A DNA stretch of 64,000 nt from Candidatus Omnitrophota bacterium. Its GTDB lineage: Bacteria > Omnitrophota > Gorgyraeia > Gygaellales > Gygaellaceae. Under the pieces are notes generated by a model. The model was not told where the DNA came from. It worked only from the letters and a program-made list of their open reading frames with translations, and made no database searches. This document shows, one piece after another, positions 47,479 to 57,750 of this stretch. The first letter of the stretch is position 1; every line of letters begins with the position of its first letter. The translations under genes and the position numbers were made by a program. The stretch covers positions 116,555-180,554 of the forward strand of contig JAGYNB010000002.1 in the NCBI GenBank assembly GCA_018400015.1. The letters run 5' to 3'.

Positions 47479-47837
47479 TTTTTAAAAGATATACAACTTG
47501 TTTGTTTATTTTTACCGGCGTATGTCTTTTTTATGTTGGTTTACAGACGCACATTATAAAAACTGGATATGCAATACAGTCAAAATTTAATATCTATCAA
47601 CAATTAGTGAACGAAAATGATTTGCTTAGTTATAGAATTAGTTGTTTATCTTCGTTTAATTCGGTTAATAAGAAATTATCTTTTAACGATTCTGAGTTTG
47701 AATTGCCTCAGGCTCATCAATATTCCAAGTTAGTAGTAAATAATAAAATTGATATTGCTAAAGCCGATTCAGGAAAAAAGAGTATTTTTGGTATATTCGG
47801 TTTCCAGAAGGAAGCCGAAGCCAAACCTGCTAAATAA
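47475..47837 (+). CDS. FtsL-like bitopic division protein
   Basis: Single TM followed by a coiled-coil segment, between rsmH and ftsI; ATG 47475 with AAGGA RBS. Confidence 0.65.
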   Translation: MIFKRYTTCLFIFTGVCLFYVGLQTHIIKTGYAIQSKFNIYQQLVNENDLLSYRISCLSSFNSVNKKLSFNDSEFELPQAHQYSKLVVNNKIDIAKADSGKKSIFGIFGFQKEAEAKPAK

Positions 47838-47901
47838 AATTATTTTTTTGTAATATTGGTGTTTTATTTCTTGTCATGGATTTATACAATTGTAAATTAT
47901 A

Positions 47902-49605
47902 GTGCATAATAAAACACGTTTTCGTAGAACAGGATTAGTTTTAAGATTTGTTTTTCTTTTATTCTTTTTGCTCACCCTCAAAATTATCTATATTCAATTC
48001 TTTAGATCCGATTACCTTAAAAATTTAAGTGCGCGACAACACACTCTGTATGTAGAATTAGAGCCTAAAAGAGGTGCGATTTATGATAGGAATTTAACGC
48101 CTTTGGCCGTAAATATTCAATATGATTCGCTTTATGCGGCTCCTCAGGAGATTATGGATATTGATTCAACGGCGGGTCAATTATCCGAGATCATAGATGT
48201 TAATATAGATACAATAATAAGGAAATTAGATACAAAGAAGATGTTTATTTGGTTAAAGCGCAAGATTTCTCCGGAAAAAGTTTCGCAAATAAAGAATTTA
48301 AATATTAAAGGACTCGGTTTTATTAAGGAGAGCAGGCGTAGTTATCCTAATTTTACTATGGCAAGTAATTTATTTGGTTTTGCAGGAGTGGATAATGTCG
48401 GGCTTGAAGGGTTGGAGTTATATTACAATAATTATCTAAAGGGAGAGTCTGGATGGCGCCAGGTTTTAAGAGATGGAAAACAGAATTTGGTTTTAAATGA
48501 GAATATAGTAAATCCTGTTGACGGTTATAATTTAGTTTTGAATATTGATGAGGCGATTCAGTTTGTCGCAGAGCGCGAGATGGATGAGGTCATGTCTAAG
48601 TACAGTCCTAAAGCAGCAAGTGTATTGGTCATGGAACCATTTACAGGCAGAATTCTTGCCTGGGCAGTAAGGCCTAATTATGATCTTAATAGTCCTGCTG
48701 ACTATACGCTTGATCAGCGCAGAAACAGGCCAATAACAGATATTATTGAGCCCGGTTCTGTATTTAAAATTGTTACCGCATCTGCAGCTTTGGAAGAGGG
48801 TTTGTTTACAGAAGAAAATCAAATTTTTTGCGAAAATGGAGCGTATAGATATGCCAGCCATACTTTGCATGATCACAGGCCGCATGGCTATCTGACTTTT
48901 GCTGATGTTGTTGCCAAATCAAGCAATATCGGAGTCAGTAAGATCGCGCAAAAGTTAGGAGAACAAAAACTTTATGGATATATAAAATCTTTTGGTTTTG
49001 GTTCAAAAACCGGAGTTGATCTTTATGGTGAGTTGCCAGGTTTATTGAAAGAGCCCCGTTTATGGTCAAAGATTTCCATAACCTCGATCCCTATGGGGCA
49101 GGAAGTGGGGGTTACTGTCCTGCAGCTTTGCCGGGCGATTTCGGTTATTGCTAATGGAGGTTATCTAGTTAAACCATATCTTGTTTCCCATATTCAGGAT
49201 AATAAATCAGAGATAATAAAAATATTTAAACCTGAAATTATTACTCGGGTTATCAGCGAAAACACCGCTAAAAGGATGAGGAAGATCTTACAAAAAGTTA
49301 TAGAGGATGGTACGGGTATAATGGCTCGTTTGAAAAATTATACTGCTGGCGGTAAGACTGGGACAGCCCAGAAGATAGCAGATGACGGAACCTATTCCCA
49401 TAGTAAATTCGTTGCTTCTTTTGTAGGATTTGCCCCTGTAGAAAATCCCAAGCTTGCAATTGCCGTAGTGCTTGATGAACCAAGGCCGTACTATTACGGG
49501 GGAGTGGTATCAGCTCCGGTTTTTAAAAATATTGCCGAGTTTTCCTTAAGATATCTGGAAAGTAAAGATAAAGAAAGATTGCTGGTTTCCAATGAGGTTA
49601 GATAA
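47902..49605 (+). CDS. ftsI: Class B penicillin-binding protein FtsI
   Basis: RG.IYDRN, G.EGLE, EPGSVFK (SxxK), SSN, KTGT. Confidence 0.93.
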   Translation: MHNKTRFRRTGLVLRFVFLLFFLLTLKIIYIQFFRSDYLKNLSARQHTLYVELEPKRGAIYDRNLTPLAVNIQYDSLYAAPQEIMDIDSTAGQLSEIIDVNIDTIIRKLDTKKMFIWLKRKISPEKVSQIKNLNIKGLGFIKESRRSYPNFTMASNLFGFAGVDNVGLEGLELYYNNYLKGESGWRQVLRDGKQNLVLNENIVNPVDGYNLVLNIDEAIQFVAEREMDEVMSKYSPKAASVLVMEPFTGRILAWAVRPNYDLNSPADYTLDQRRNRPITDIIEPGSVFKIVTASAALEEGLFTEENQIFCENGAYRYASHTLHDHRPHGYLTFADVVAKSSNIGVSKIAQKLGEQKLYGYIKSFGFGSKTGVDLYGELPGLLKEPRLWSKISITSIPMGQEVGVTVLQLCRAISVIANGGYLVKPYLVSHIQDNKSEIIKIFKPEIITRVISENTAKRMRKILQKVIEDGTGIMARLKNYTAGGKTGTAQKIADDGTYSHSKFVASFVGFAPVENPKLAIAVVLDEPRPYYYGGVVSAPVFKNIAEFSLRYLESKDKERLLVSNEVR

Positions 49606-51067
49606 AATACTTAAAGGTGTAAAATATAAGGTGATCAATGATAATTATCAGTATAATTTCCGGTCTTTGGACATAAAAGGTATAGTTTTTGATTCAAGAA
49701 AAGTTAAGAAAGATTATCTCTTTATTGCGATAAAAGGAGAGCTTCAGGATGGAACAGATTTTATAAAAGAAGCCCTTGCAAAAGGTGCAAGCGCGGTAGT
49801 GACCGAATCTAAGATTGGTGGGGCTTTGTTTAAGAAGGCATTGTTTTTAAGGGTAAAAAATTCTAGGAATGCTTTATTGGTTTTAGCAAACAATTTTTTC
49901 AACAACCCCGCTAAGAGGATAAAGCTTATCGGTGTAACGGGTACAAATGGCAAGACAACAATAACTTATCTTATTCAAAAAATATTAGAAAGATCCGGAA
50001 AGAACTGTGGGGTTATTGGTACTCTGGGGGTAAAGATAGGTAAAAAAACGATTGCGCTTGATAACACCACGCCTTCACCTATAGAAATATATTCGTTTCT
50101 TGATAAAATGAGTTATGCAGGTTTTAGTTATTGCGTTCTAGAAGTTAGTTCTCATGCGCTTATCCAGGATAGGGTCAATCCGGATAATTTTTATGCAGCG
50201 ATATTTACGAATTTAGGCTGGGATCATCTTGATTATCATAAGACTATAAGAAACTACTTTTTGGCAAAAAAAAGACTTTTTTTAGGGCTTAAAAAAAATA
50301 GTTTGTCTATTTTAAATGCAGATGATAAATGCATAAACGACCTTAGGTGTTGTTGCGGTGAGAAAGTAGTGACTTATGGTTTGGATAAAAGGGCTAATTT
50401 TTATGCCAGCAATATTATTCAGGATGATAATGGGCTATCTTTTAAGGTAAATTATAAAAAAAAATCTTTTAAAGTAGCCAGTAACCTTTTGGGGAATTAT
50501 AGTATTTATAACATGCTTGCAAGCATTGCCTTTTGTTTAGAGGAGAAAATTTCTGTAAAGAATATCAGTAAGGCATTAAAGAAGATCAAAGTTCCGGGTC
50601 GCATGGAGAAAATTACCGGTAAGCATGATTTATTTGGTGCGTTTGTTGATTTTGCCCACACGCCTGATGCGCTTAAAAATGTGATTATGAGTTTAAATAA
50701 AATCACAAAAAATAGACTAATAGTTGTATTTGGCTGTGGGGGAAATAGGGATATAGCAAAAAGGTCAAAGATGGGTAGAATTGCAACAGAATTAGCAGAT
50801 TTTGCAGTTATAACAAGCGATAATCCGCGTTTTGAGGCCCCAGAGAAGATTATTATGGATATTGAAAAAGGATTAAGAGGCAATAATTATAAAGTGATTC
50901 CAGAAAGAAAAAAGGCTATTCATTATGCTTTATCCATAGCAAGACGAGGCGATAATATCTTAGTTGCCGGGAAAGGTCACGAGAATTATCAGATAATAAA
51001 GGATAAAAAAATATTATTTAGCGATAAAGAACAGATTAAATTATGTTTGAAATCAAAAAGATTATAA
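49592..51067 (+). CDS. murE: MurE ligase (meso-DAP type)
   Basis: GTNGKTT, EVSSH, DHLDYH, DFAHTPD, DNPR, GKGHE. Confidence 0.96.
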   Translation: MRLDKILKGVKYKVINDNYQYNFRSLDIKGIVFDSRKVKKDYLFIAIKGELQDGTDFIKEALAKGASAVVTESKIGGALFKKALFLRVKNSRNALLVLANNFFNNPAKRIKLIGVTGTNGKTTITYLIQKILERSGKNCGVIGTLGVKIGKKTIALDNTTPSPIEIYSFLDKMSYAGFSYCVLEVSSHALIQDRVNPDNFYAAIFTNLGWDHLDYHKTIRNYFLAKKRLFLGLKKNSLSILNADDKCINDLRCCCGEKVVTYGLDKRANFYASNIIQDDNGLSFKVNYKKKSFKVASNLLGNYSIYNMLASIAFCLEEKISVKNISKALKKIKVPGRMEKITGKHDLFGAFVDFAHTPDALKNVIMSLNKITKNRLIVVFGCGGNRDIAKRSKMGRIATELADFAVITSDNPRFEAPEKIIMDIEKGLRGNNYKVIPERKKAIHYALSIARRGDNILVAGKGHENYQIIKDKKILFSDKEQIKLCLKSKRL

Positions 51068-52410
51068 AAACATCCAGGGGGAAGTTGTTGCAGGGCGAAA
51101 AGTCTGTAACGGTCAGAGGAGTATCTATTAATAGCCGAACAGTGAAAAAGGGAGATTTATTCATTGCTATAAAGGGTGCAAATTACGATGGTCACGATTT
51201 TATATCTGAGGCTATAAAAAAAGGAGCATGCTCCGTATTGGTTAGTAAGAAGATCAAATCTGTGAAGAATAATATCCCTGTAGTTTTAGTAAGAGATACG
51301 GTTATTTCATTAGGTTTGTTGGCGCAGTACTGGCGAAAAGAAGTAAACCCCATAGTTATCGCGGTTACTGGTTCTAACGGCAAAACTACGACTAAAGATT
51401 TGATACATGCAGTACTAAGACAAAAACTGCCGGTATTAAAAAACGAATTGACTCAAAATAACAATATTGGGCTTCCTTTGAATCTGTTAAAGCTGAAAAG
51501 AAAACATAAAGTGGCAGTTTTGGAGTTAGGCACTAATCATCCTGGTGAGATAGCCTATCTTTCAAAAATAGCAAATCCGGATATCGGCATAATAACGAAT
51601 ATTGGATATGCGCATTTAGCGAATTTAAATAATCTGAATACGGTCTTAAAAGAGAAGGTTTCGCTTTTTAACCATTTAAGAGAAAAATCAATTTGTATTT
51701 TAAACAGAGATGATTCAATGCTCAATAAAGCAGTAGCTTCAAAACCTTTTTATAAAAAAGGTATTGTTATTACTTGTGGCATAAAAAGAAACAGCGATTT
51801 TAAAGCAAGCAGTATTAGAATTGTTAAAGAAGGTATAAGTTTTAAAGTCGGAAAGAATGTTTTTTTTCTTAAAACCCCCGCAGAACATAATATTTATAAT
51901 GCGCTTATCGCTATTGCGTGTGGTAGAATATTGGGAGTCGAGATTACAAAGGTCAAGAAGGGATTAAAAGGGTTTGTTTTTCCAAAGGGGCGTTTTAATG
52001 TTTTAAAGTTCAATAACATAAGATTAATAGACGATACATATAATGCGAATCCAGTTTCCGTTAAGAATGCTTTGGATGTATTCTCATGTATGAAGTGTCA
52101 GGGGAAGAGGATTTTCGTTTTTGGGGACATGCTTGAGTTAGGCAAAAAAGAGGCTTTTTTTCATTCTTTAATCGGTAAAAAGATTACGCAGCTTCCTATA
52201 GATATTTTTGTTTGTATTGGTAAAATGGCTGGTTTAAGCGGGTTGCAAGCTATAAAAGAAGGAATTGATAAAAACCGGGTGTTTATTTTTAATAAGCAGA
52301 GTAAGGCTAAAAAGACAATAAAAAAAATGATCTGCCAAAAAGATCTTGTTTTATTTAAAGGCTCTAGGAAAATGGGGCTTGAAAAGATTATTGAGTACAT
52401 AAAAAAATAA
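51043..52410 (+). CDS. murF: MurF ligase
   Basis: GSNGKTTTK, ELG..HPGEI, DTYNANP, GDMLELG, KGSR. Confidence 0.96.
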   Translation: MFEIKKIIKTSRGKLLQGEKSVTVRGVSINSRTVKKGDLFIAIKGANYDGHDFISEAIKKGACSVLVSKKIKSVKNNIPVVLVRDTVISLGLLAQYWRKEVNPIVIAVTGSNGKTTTKDLIHAVLRQKLPVLKNELTQNNNIGLPLNLLKLKRKHKVAVLELGTNHPGEIAYLSKIANPDIGIITNIGYAHLANLNNLNTVLKEKVSLFNHLREKSICILNRDDSMLNKAVASKPFYKKGIVITCGIKRNSDFKASSIRIVKEGISFKVGKNVFFLKTPAEHNIYNALIAIACGRILGVEITKVKKGLKGFVFPKGRFNVLKFNNIRLIDDTYNANPVSVKNALDVFSCMKCQGKRIFVFGDMLELGKKEAFFHSLIGKKITQLPIDIFVCIGKMAGLSGLQAIKEGIDKNRVFIFNKQSKAKKTIKKMICQKDLVLFKGSRKMGLEKIIEYIKK

Positions 52411-52413
52411 AAA

Positions 52414-53502
52414 ATGTTTTATTACCTTTATTATTTTTTCTATCAAGTCTGGTCTCCATTAAGGATATTTAAGTATATTACCTTGCGTGCTGCCGGCGCG
52501 GCACTTACTTCTTTTTTGTTGGTTGTTTTATGCGGCCCATGGCTGATAAGGAAGTTGAAGTCTTTTCGCGTTGGAGAAAATATTCGTAAGGAAGAATGCC
52601 CGGATTTATATAAAATCCATGCTCACAAGCAAGGGACTCCTACAATGGGAGGTGTGCTGATTGTTTTTAGTATACTTTTTTCTTTATTTGTATGGGCAGA
52701 TATAGCCAATAAATATATCTTAATCAGTAGTTTTATAGCAATATGGTTGGCAATTCTCGGCTTTATAGATGATTATATAAAACTTAAACATGGCCGCGGT
52801 GCCTGTATGAATAAGCGCACTAAATTATTATTTCAGGTGGCAGCGGGTTTGGTTTTAGGGATCTTTGTTTATTTCGATCCTGATTTAAGTACTAAGCTAT
52901 ATCTACCTTTTTTAAAAAATACTTCCATTAATTTAGGATTATTATATATTTTATTCGTTGTTATTGTGCTTAGTGGTTCTTCTAATGCGGTAAATCTTAC
53001 AGATGGTCTTGATGGTTTAGCAGTGGGTAGTCTTGTTTTTGTTGCCGTTACCTATAGCGTATTATGTTATATAATCGGAAACGCCAAATTCAGCTCATAT
53101 CTGTTTGTTTCTTTTGTTCCTAATGCTGCAGAATTAACCGTATTATGTGCAGCCATAGTGGGCTCATGTCTAGGTTTTCTGTGGTTTAATTGTTATCCGG
53201 CCGATGTGTTTATGGGGGATGTAGGGTCTTTATCTTTAGGCGGTTTAATGGGAACAATTGCCATACTTATTAAAAAAGAAGTATTATTGTTGCTGGTTGG
53301 TTTTGTTTTTGTTCTGGAGGCGCTTTCGGTAATACTTCAGGTTGCTTCTTTTAAGTTAACAAAGAAAAGAATTCTGAAAATTGCACCCTTACACCATCAT
53401 TTTGAAAGGTTAGGTTTGAATGAGCCAAAGATAATAATCAGATTCTGGATTATAGGGGCAATTCTTTCCTTTTTGACACTGGCAACGTTAAAGATAAGAT
53501 GA
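52414..53502 (+). CDS. mraY: Phospho-MurNAc-pentapeptide transferase
   Basis: KQGTPTMGG, NAVNLTDGLDGL, FMGDVGS, APLHHHFE. Confidence 0.98.
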   Translation: MFYYLYYFFYQVWSPLRIFKYITLRAAGAALTSFLLVVLCGPWLIRKLKSFRVGENIRKEECPDLYKIHAHKQGTPTMGGVLIVFSILFSLFVWADIANKYILISSFIAIWLAILGFIDDYIKLKHGRGACMNKRTKLLFQVAAGLVLGIFVYFDPDLSTKLYLPFLKNTSINLGLLYILFVVIVLSGSSNAVNLTDGLDGLAVGSLVFVAVTYSVLCYIIGNAKFSSYLFVSFVPNAAELTVLCAAIVGSCLGFLWFNCYPADVFMGDVGSLSLGGLMGTIAILIKKEVLLLLVGFVFVLEALSVILQVASFKLTKKRILKIAPLHHHFERLGLNEPKIIIRFWIIGAILSFLTLATLKIR

Positions 53503-53541
53503 TATAATATCTTTAATTCAGCCGTCCTTAAATATAATTCG

Positions 53542-54798
53542 ATGAAAGATTTATCAGGAAAGAAGATTGTTATTGCCGGTTTTAGCCAGAGTGGTCTTGC
53601 TGCTGCAAGTTTTCTACAGAAGAAAAGAGCAAGGATTTTTATAACCGATTCTAGTGATAACGGAAAGTTACGTAAAAATTTAGAGAAACTCGATTCTAAA
53701 GATATCGAGTTTGAATTTGGTGGTCATTCCAAGATTTTTCTTAAAGGCAGTGATTTTATCGTTGTCAGTCCCGGTATAAGCAAAGATTCTATTTTGGTTA
53801 ATCTGGCTGAAGAGCTAGGTATCCCATTAATTAGCGAGATAGAACTTGCCTATATGTATTGTCCTTGTAAGATAATAGCTATTACTGGTTCCACCGGAAA
53901 AAGTACGGTTACATCTTTGGCTGCGGATATGTTTAACCGCTCAGGCACAAGATGTTTTGCTTTAGGCAATAACGGTAATCCCTTCTCTGGTTATGTAGAT
54001 TGTTTAAAGGAAGATGATTTGGTTTGCCTTGAGGTGAGTTCTTTTCAGCTTGAACATATAGTAAAATTTAAACCCAAGGTAAGCGTAATACTAAATATAT
54101 CTGCTAATCATTTAGATAGACATAAAGATCTAGAGGACTATTTTTTGGCAAAAAAAAGAATTTTCTCCAATCAAGAAGAAGATGATTTTTTGTTACTTAA
54201 TTATAAAAATGAATTGTTAAAAAATTGTCAACGTCAGACTAAAGCAAAAGTCATATTCTTTAATACCTTGCAAGATCGTCTTTTTAATCCTAATCAAAGC
54301 GTTATATTTAAGCTTGGTGATATCTTTGGAATCGATAAAAGTATAATCCTAAAAACTTTTAAGGAATTTAAAACATTGGAGCATCGGTTGGAATTTGTTG
54401 CTAAAACAAAGGATATATCTTTTATAAATGATTCCAAGTCTACTACTGTAGATTCGGCGATCTGGGCTTTTGAGAATATTGATAAACCGATAGTTCTAAT
54501 TGCCGGGGGTCGTGATAAAGGTGTAGATTACGATAAGTTGATACCTTTATTAAAAAAGAAAGCTCGCGCAGTAGTTTTGATTGGTGAGGCAAGAGATAGG
54601 ATTGAATCGAGTTTTTCTGGATGTGGTATTCCTATAATTAAAGCCGATAATTTACCCGATGCGGTCAAAAATGCTATTGGATTGGCTAAAAAAAATGATT
54701 GCGTTTTGTTAAGTCCGATGTGTTCAAGTTACGATATGTTTAAGAATTTTCAAGAGAGAGGTTTAAAGTTTAAACAGTTGGTCATGGATATAAAATGA
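53542..54798 (+). CDS. murD: MurD ligase
   Basis: SPGI, GSTGKST, EVSSFQL, HLDRH, HRLE, NDSK.T, GG.DKG, SP.CSS.D. Confidence 0.95.
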   Translation: MKDLSGKKIVIAGFSQSGLAAASFLQKKRARIFITDSSDNGKLRKNLEKLDSKDIEFEFGGHSKIFLKGSDFIVVSPGISKDSILVNLAEELGIPLISEIELAYMYCPCKIIAITGSTGKSTVTSLAADMFNRSGTRCFALGNNGNPFSGYVDCLKEDDLVCLEVSSFQLEHIVKFKPKVSVILNISANHLDRHKDLEDYFLAKKRIFSNQEEDDFLLLNYKNELLKNCQRQTKAKVIFFNTLQDRLFNPNQSVIFKLGDIFGIDKSIILKTFKEFKTLEHRLEFVAKTKDISFINDSKSTTVDSAIWAFENIDKPIVLIAGGRDKGVDYDKLIPLLKKKARAVVLIGEARDRIESSFSGCGIPIIKADNLPDAVKNAIGLAKKNDCVLLSPMCSSYDMFKNFQERGLKFKQLVMDIK

Positions 54799-55880
54799 TA
54801 AATCTGAGAAAAAAAATTCTTGTTGTTGTTATGACACTGGTCTGTCTTGGGGCAGTGTTTATTTATAGCGCTTCTAGCGTTTATGCTTTGCAGAATATGT
54901 CCGATAGCGCATATTTTCTAAAAAGGCATATATTTTCGCTTTTAATGGCAGTTGTATTATCTTTATTTGTCATGGGGTTAGATTACCGAATTTTAAAAAG
55001 GATGGCTAAGCCATTTTTGTTTATTTCAGTTGTGCTTTTAGTTATTTTACTTATTCCTGGATTAAGCACAGAAGCGGGGGGAGCAAAAAGGTGGTTTCGT
55101 TTTCTCGGTTTTGGCTTTCAGCCATCACATCTTGCTCAATTGGCTTTAATTGTTTATATGGCTGATTTTGCCTCGCGAAAAAAAGATTTATCCAATAGTT
55201 TTATTTTTGGTTTTCTGCCGCCCATGGTGGTTCTTGGGTTAGTGATGCTTTTAGTTTTGGCTCAACCTGATTTAGGCACAGCCATTTCCATAGCTATGGT
55301 TATATTTGTGATGCTGTTTGTATCAGGAGTAAGATTTGCTCATATGTTATCAGTTTTTTTGTTATCAATTCCTTTTTTGTATATTCTGATTTTTAGTGTT
55401 CCTTACCGCAGGAAAAGAATAATGAGTTTTATAAATCCTTGGTTAGACCCTCAAGGCAGCGGCTTTCAGATTATACAGTCTCAGATTGCCCTTGGCTCCG
55501 GAGGTTTTTTTGGCGTAGGTCTGGGAATGAGTAAACAAAAGTTATTGTTTTTACCGGCTGCGCATACAGATTTTATTTTTTCTATAATCGGTGAAGAGCT
55601 GGGAATTATAGGTACTATTAGTACGATCATGCTTTTTTTTCTTTTTGCTTACTACGGATTTATGGTTGCTTATAACACAAAAGATAAATTCGGCCGGCTT
55701 TTAGCAATTGGTTTGGTGTTATTGATTACTGTTAAGGCTGTTATAAATATTGGTGTTTCTTGTGCATTTTTTCCAACAAAAGGTCTGCCGTTGCCATTTA
55801 TCAGCTACGGAGGGTCAGCTTTGGTTATTGACATGATCAGCGTTGCGTTATTGTTAAACATATCAAGGGCTAATTCATGA
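54795..55880 (+). CDS. ftsW: SEDS peptidoglycan polymerase FtsW
   Basis: GAKRW, QPS, QPDLG, LPAAHTDFIF..IGEELG, LPFISYGGS. Confidence 0.95.
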   Translation: MINLRKKILVVVMTLVCLGAVFIYSASSVYALQNMSDSAYFLKRHIFSLLMAVVLSLFVMGLDYRILKRMAKPFLFISVVLLVILLIPGLSTEAGGAKRWFRFLGFGFQPSHLAQLALIVYMADFASRKKDLSNSFIFGFLPPMVVLGLVMLLVLAQPDLGTAISIAMVIFVMLFVSGVRFAHMLSVFLLSIPFLYILIFSVPYRRKRIMSFINPWLDPQGSGFQIIQSQIALGSGGFFGVGLGMSKQKLLFLPAAHTDFIFSIIGEELGIIGTISTIMLFFLFAYYGFMVAYNTKDKFGRLLAIGLVLLITVKAVINIGVSCAFFPTKGLPLPFISYGGSALVIDMISVALLLNISRANS

Positions 55881-56974
55881 AGGTGCTTATTGCTTCAGGA
55901 GGAACATACGGTCATTATTTTCCAGCATTAAGTGTTGCGCAAAAGCTGTCAAATGAAAAAGCTAATAAGATAATGATCGTGCTGGATAAATATAGAAAAA
56001 GAAAGATTTTTCCTTTGGATAATGTCGAGTTTGTTTTTATCGATTCCATGCCTATTAGAAGATTTTTGAGTTTACAGTTTTTATATTCAGTAGTAAGATT
56101 TGTTCAAGGTATAATTCAGTCTTTTATTATTGTTGCCCGTTACAATCCGGATGTTTGTATTGGCTTTGGCAGCTATGCTTCTTTTGGAATTGTGTTTGCA
56201 GCCTATTTAAATAAGATACCTGTTGTTATACACGAACAGAATGTTTTACCTGGCAAGGCGAATAGATTTTTAAGCTATATTGCAGATAAAATTTTGTTGA
56301 GTTTTCCTGAGAGCAAAGATTACTTTAAAAAAGCTGATAATATTGAGATTACCGGAAATCCTTTAAGGCCGGATTTGCGAATGATAGATTCTCAAGAAGC
56401 AAGAAGATATTTCGGTTTTAAGAAGGAGGATTTTGTTATTCTTGTCGCAGGGGGGTCTCAAGGATCTTCAAAGATAAATTGTTTGTTTTTTGAAGCTTTA
56501 GCATTATTGCCTCAAGATGTCAAAAGTAGTTTAGCGGTTATTCATTTAGCCGGTAAGAATGAGTTTTTAATATGGAAAGAAAGATACAAACAGACAATTT
56601 TTAATGCGCGTGTATTTGATTTTTTTGAAGACATGTCTTTGGTCTATTCGGCTTGTGATTTTGTGATTGCAAGATCAGGCGCGATGACTGTTTGCGAAAT
56701 TGATTTTTTTGCACTTTCAGCAATACTTATACCGTATCCTTTTGCTGGCGCGCATCAAGTTTTTAATGCCAAACATCTTACGGATAGGAATAAAGCAGTA
56801 GTATTAAAAGAAAATGATCTTAGTCCAGGCGTTTTGGCAGAATCTATTGCTGATTTTTTTTCTAAGCGCGATAAATTGCTTAGTCCGGAAAAAGCAAAAA
56901 GTAATACGGCTGTTTCTTCTGCTGGTAAGATTGTAGATATTCTGGAGCGTATATATAAGGAAAATAAGACATGA
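55877..56974 (+). CDS. murG: MurG glycosyltransferase
   Basis: GGT.GH..PA, HEQN..PG.AN, GNP.R, GGSQG, RSGA, HQ..NA. Confidence 0.95.
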   Translation: MKVLIASGGTYGHYFPALSVAQKLSNEKANKIMIVLDKYRKRKIFPLDNVEFVFIDSMPIRRFLSLQFLYSVVRFVQGIIQSFIIVARYNPDVCIGFGSYASFGIVFAAYLNKIPVVIHEQNVLPGKANRFLSYIADKILLSFPESKDYFKKADNIEITGNPLRPDLRMIDSQEARRYFGFKKEDFVILVAGGSQGSSKINCLFFEALALLPQDVKSSLAVIHLAGKNEFLIWKERYKQTIFNARVFDFFEDMSLVYSACDFVIARSGAMTVCEIDFFALSAILIPYPFAGAHQVFNAKHLTDRNKAVVLKENDLSPGVLAESIADFFSKRDKLLSPEKAKSNTAVSSAGKIVDILERIYKENKT

Positions 56975-57750
56975 AGAAAATATCAATTTTATTTTTAGTT
57001 GGTTTTTGCTTATCATCTGTATTTTTAATCCAAAAATGTTTTTCACAGGATTGGAAACAGGTAAAATCTTTGCATTTTATTATTTATTATCAAGAAGCTC
57101 CCCAGGGTTTTATCGATAAAGTAAAAGAAAGAGCCGAAGATTATTATAAGGAAATAAACTTTAATATGGGTTTTTCCAGATATGAGTATTGGACATGGGA
57201 TGATCGTTGTAAAATATTTATTTATCCGAGTAAGGAAGAATATGTTGAGGCTACAGGTCAGCCTGATTGGTCTGCGGGTTGTGCTGATTATAAAAATCGT
57301 TCTATAAAAAGTTATCCTTTGGCATCCGGATTTATCGATACATTGCTTCCTCACGAAATGGGACATTTGATTTTTCGTGATTTTGTCGGGCATAGCAACA
57401 CTGTGCCTTTATGGCTTGATGAGGGTGTGGCTACATACCAGGAATTGGCAAGGCGCTGGGGTAGCAAAAAAACCGTTTTAGATTCTATTAAAAACGGGAC
57501 TTTTATGCCTGTAGAAAAGCTTACCAATATTGACACGCGCGAACTTCAAGAGCGTTCGCAGGTTGCACTTTTTTATGCAGAGTCCAGCAGTCTTGTGTCT
57601 TTTTTGATTGAACGCTACGGCAAGGCAAAATTCCGTTATTTTTGCGAAGACCTAAAAAAAAGATATTCTCTTGAAAAGGCACTATATAATAATTATCCTT
57701 TTAGAAGCCTTAATGAACTAAATAGCGCATGGTTACGATATCTAAAATAA
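56971..57750 (+). CDS. Secreted gluzincin (peptidase MA-like) metallopeptidase
   Basis: N-terminal signal peptide, HEMGH (HExxH), downstream PLWLDEGVA.Y.E, FYAES. Confidence 0.8.
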   Translation: MKKISILFLVGFCLSSVFLIQKCFSQDWKQVKSLHFIIYYQEAPQGFIDKVKERAEDYYKEINFNMGFSRYEYWTWDDRCKIFIYPSKEEYVEATGQPDWSAGCADYKNRSIKSYPLASGFIDTLLPHEMGHLIFRDFVGHSNTVPLWLDEGVATYQELARRWGSKKTVLDSIKNGTFMPVEKLTNIDTRELQERSQVALFYAESSSLVSFLIERYGKAKFRYFCEDLKKRYSLEKALYNNYPFRSLNELNSAWLRYLK

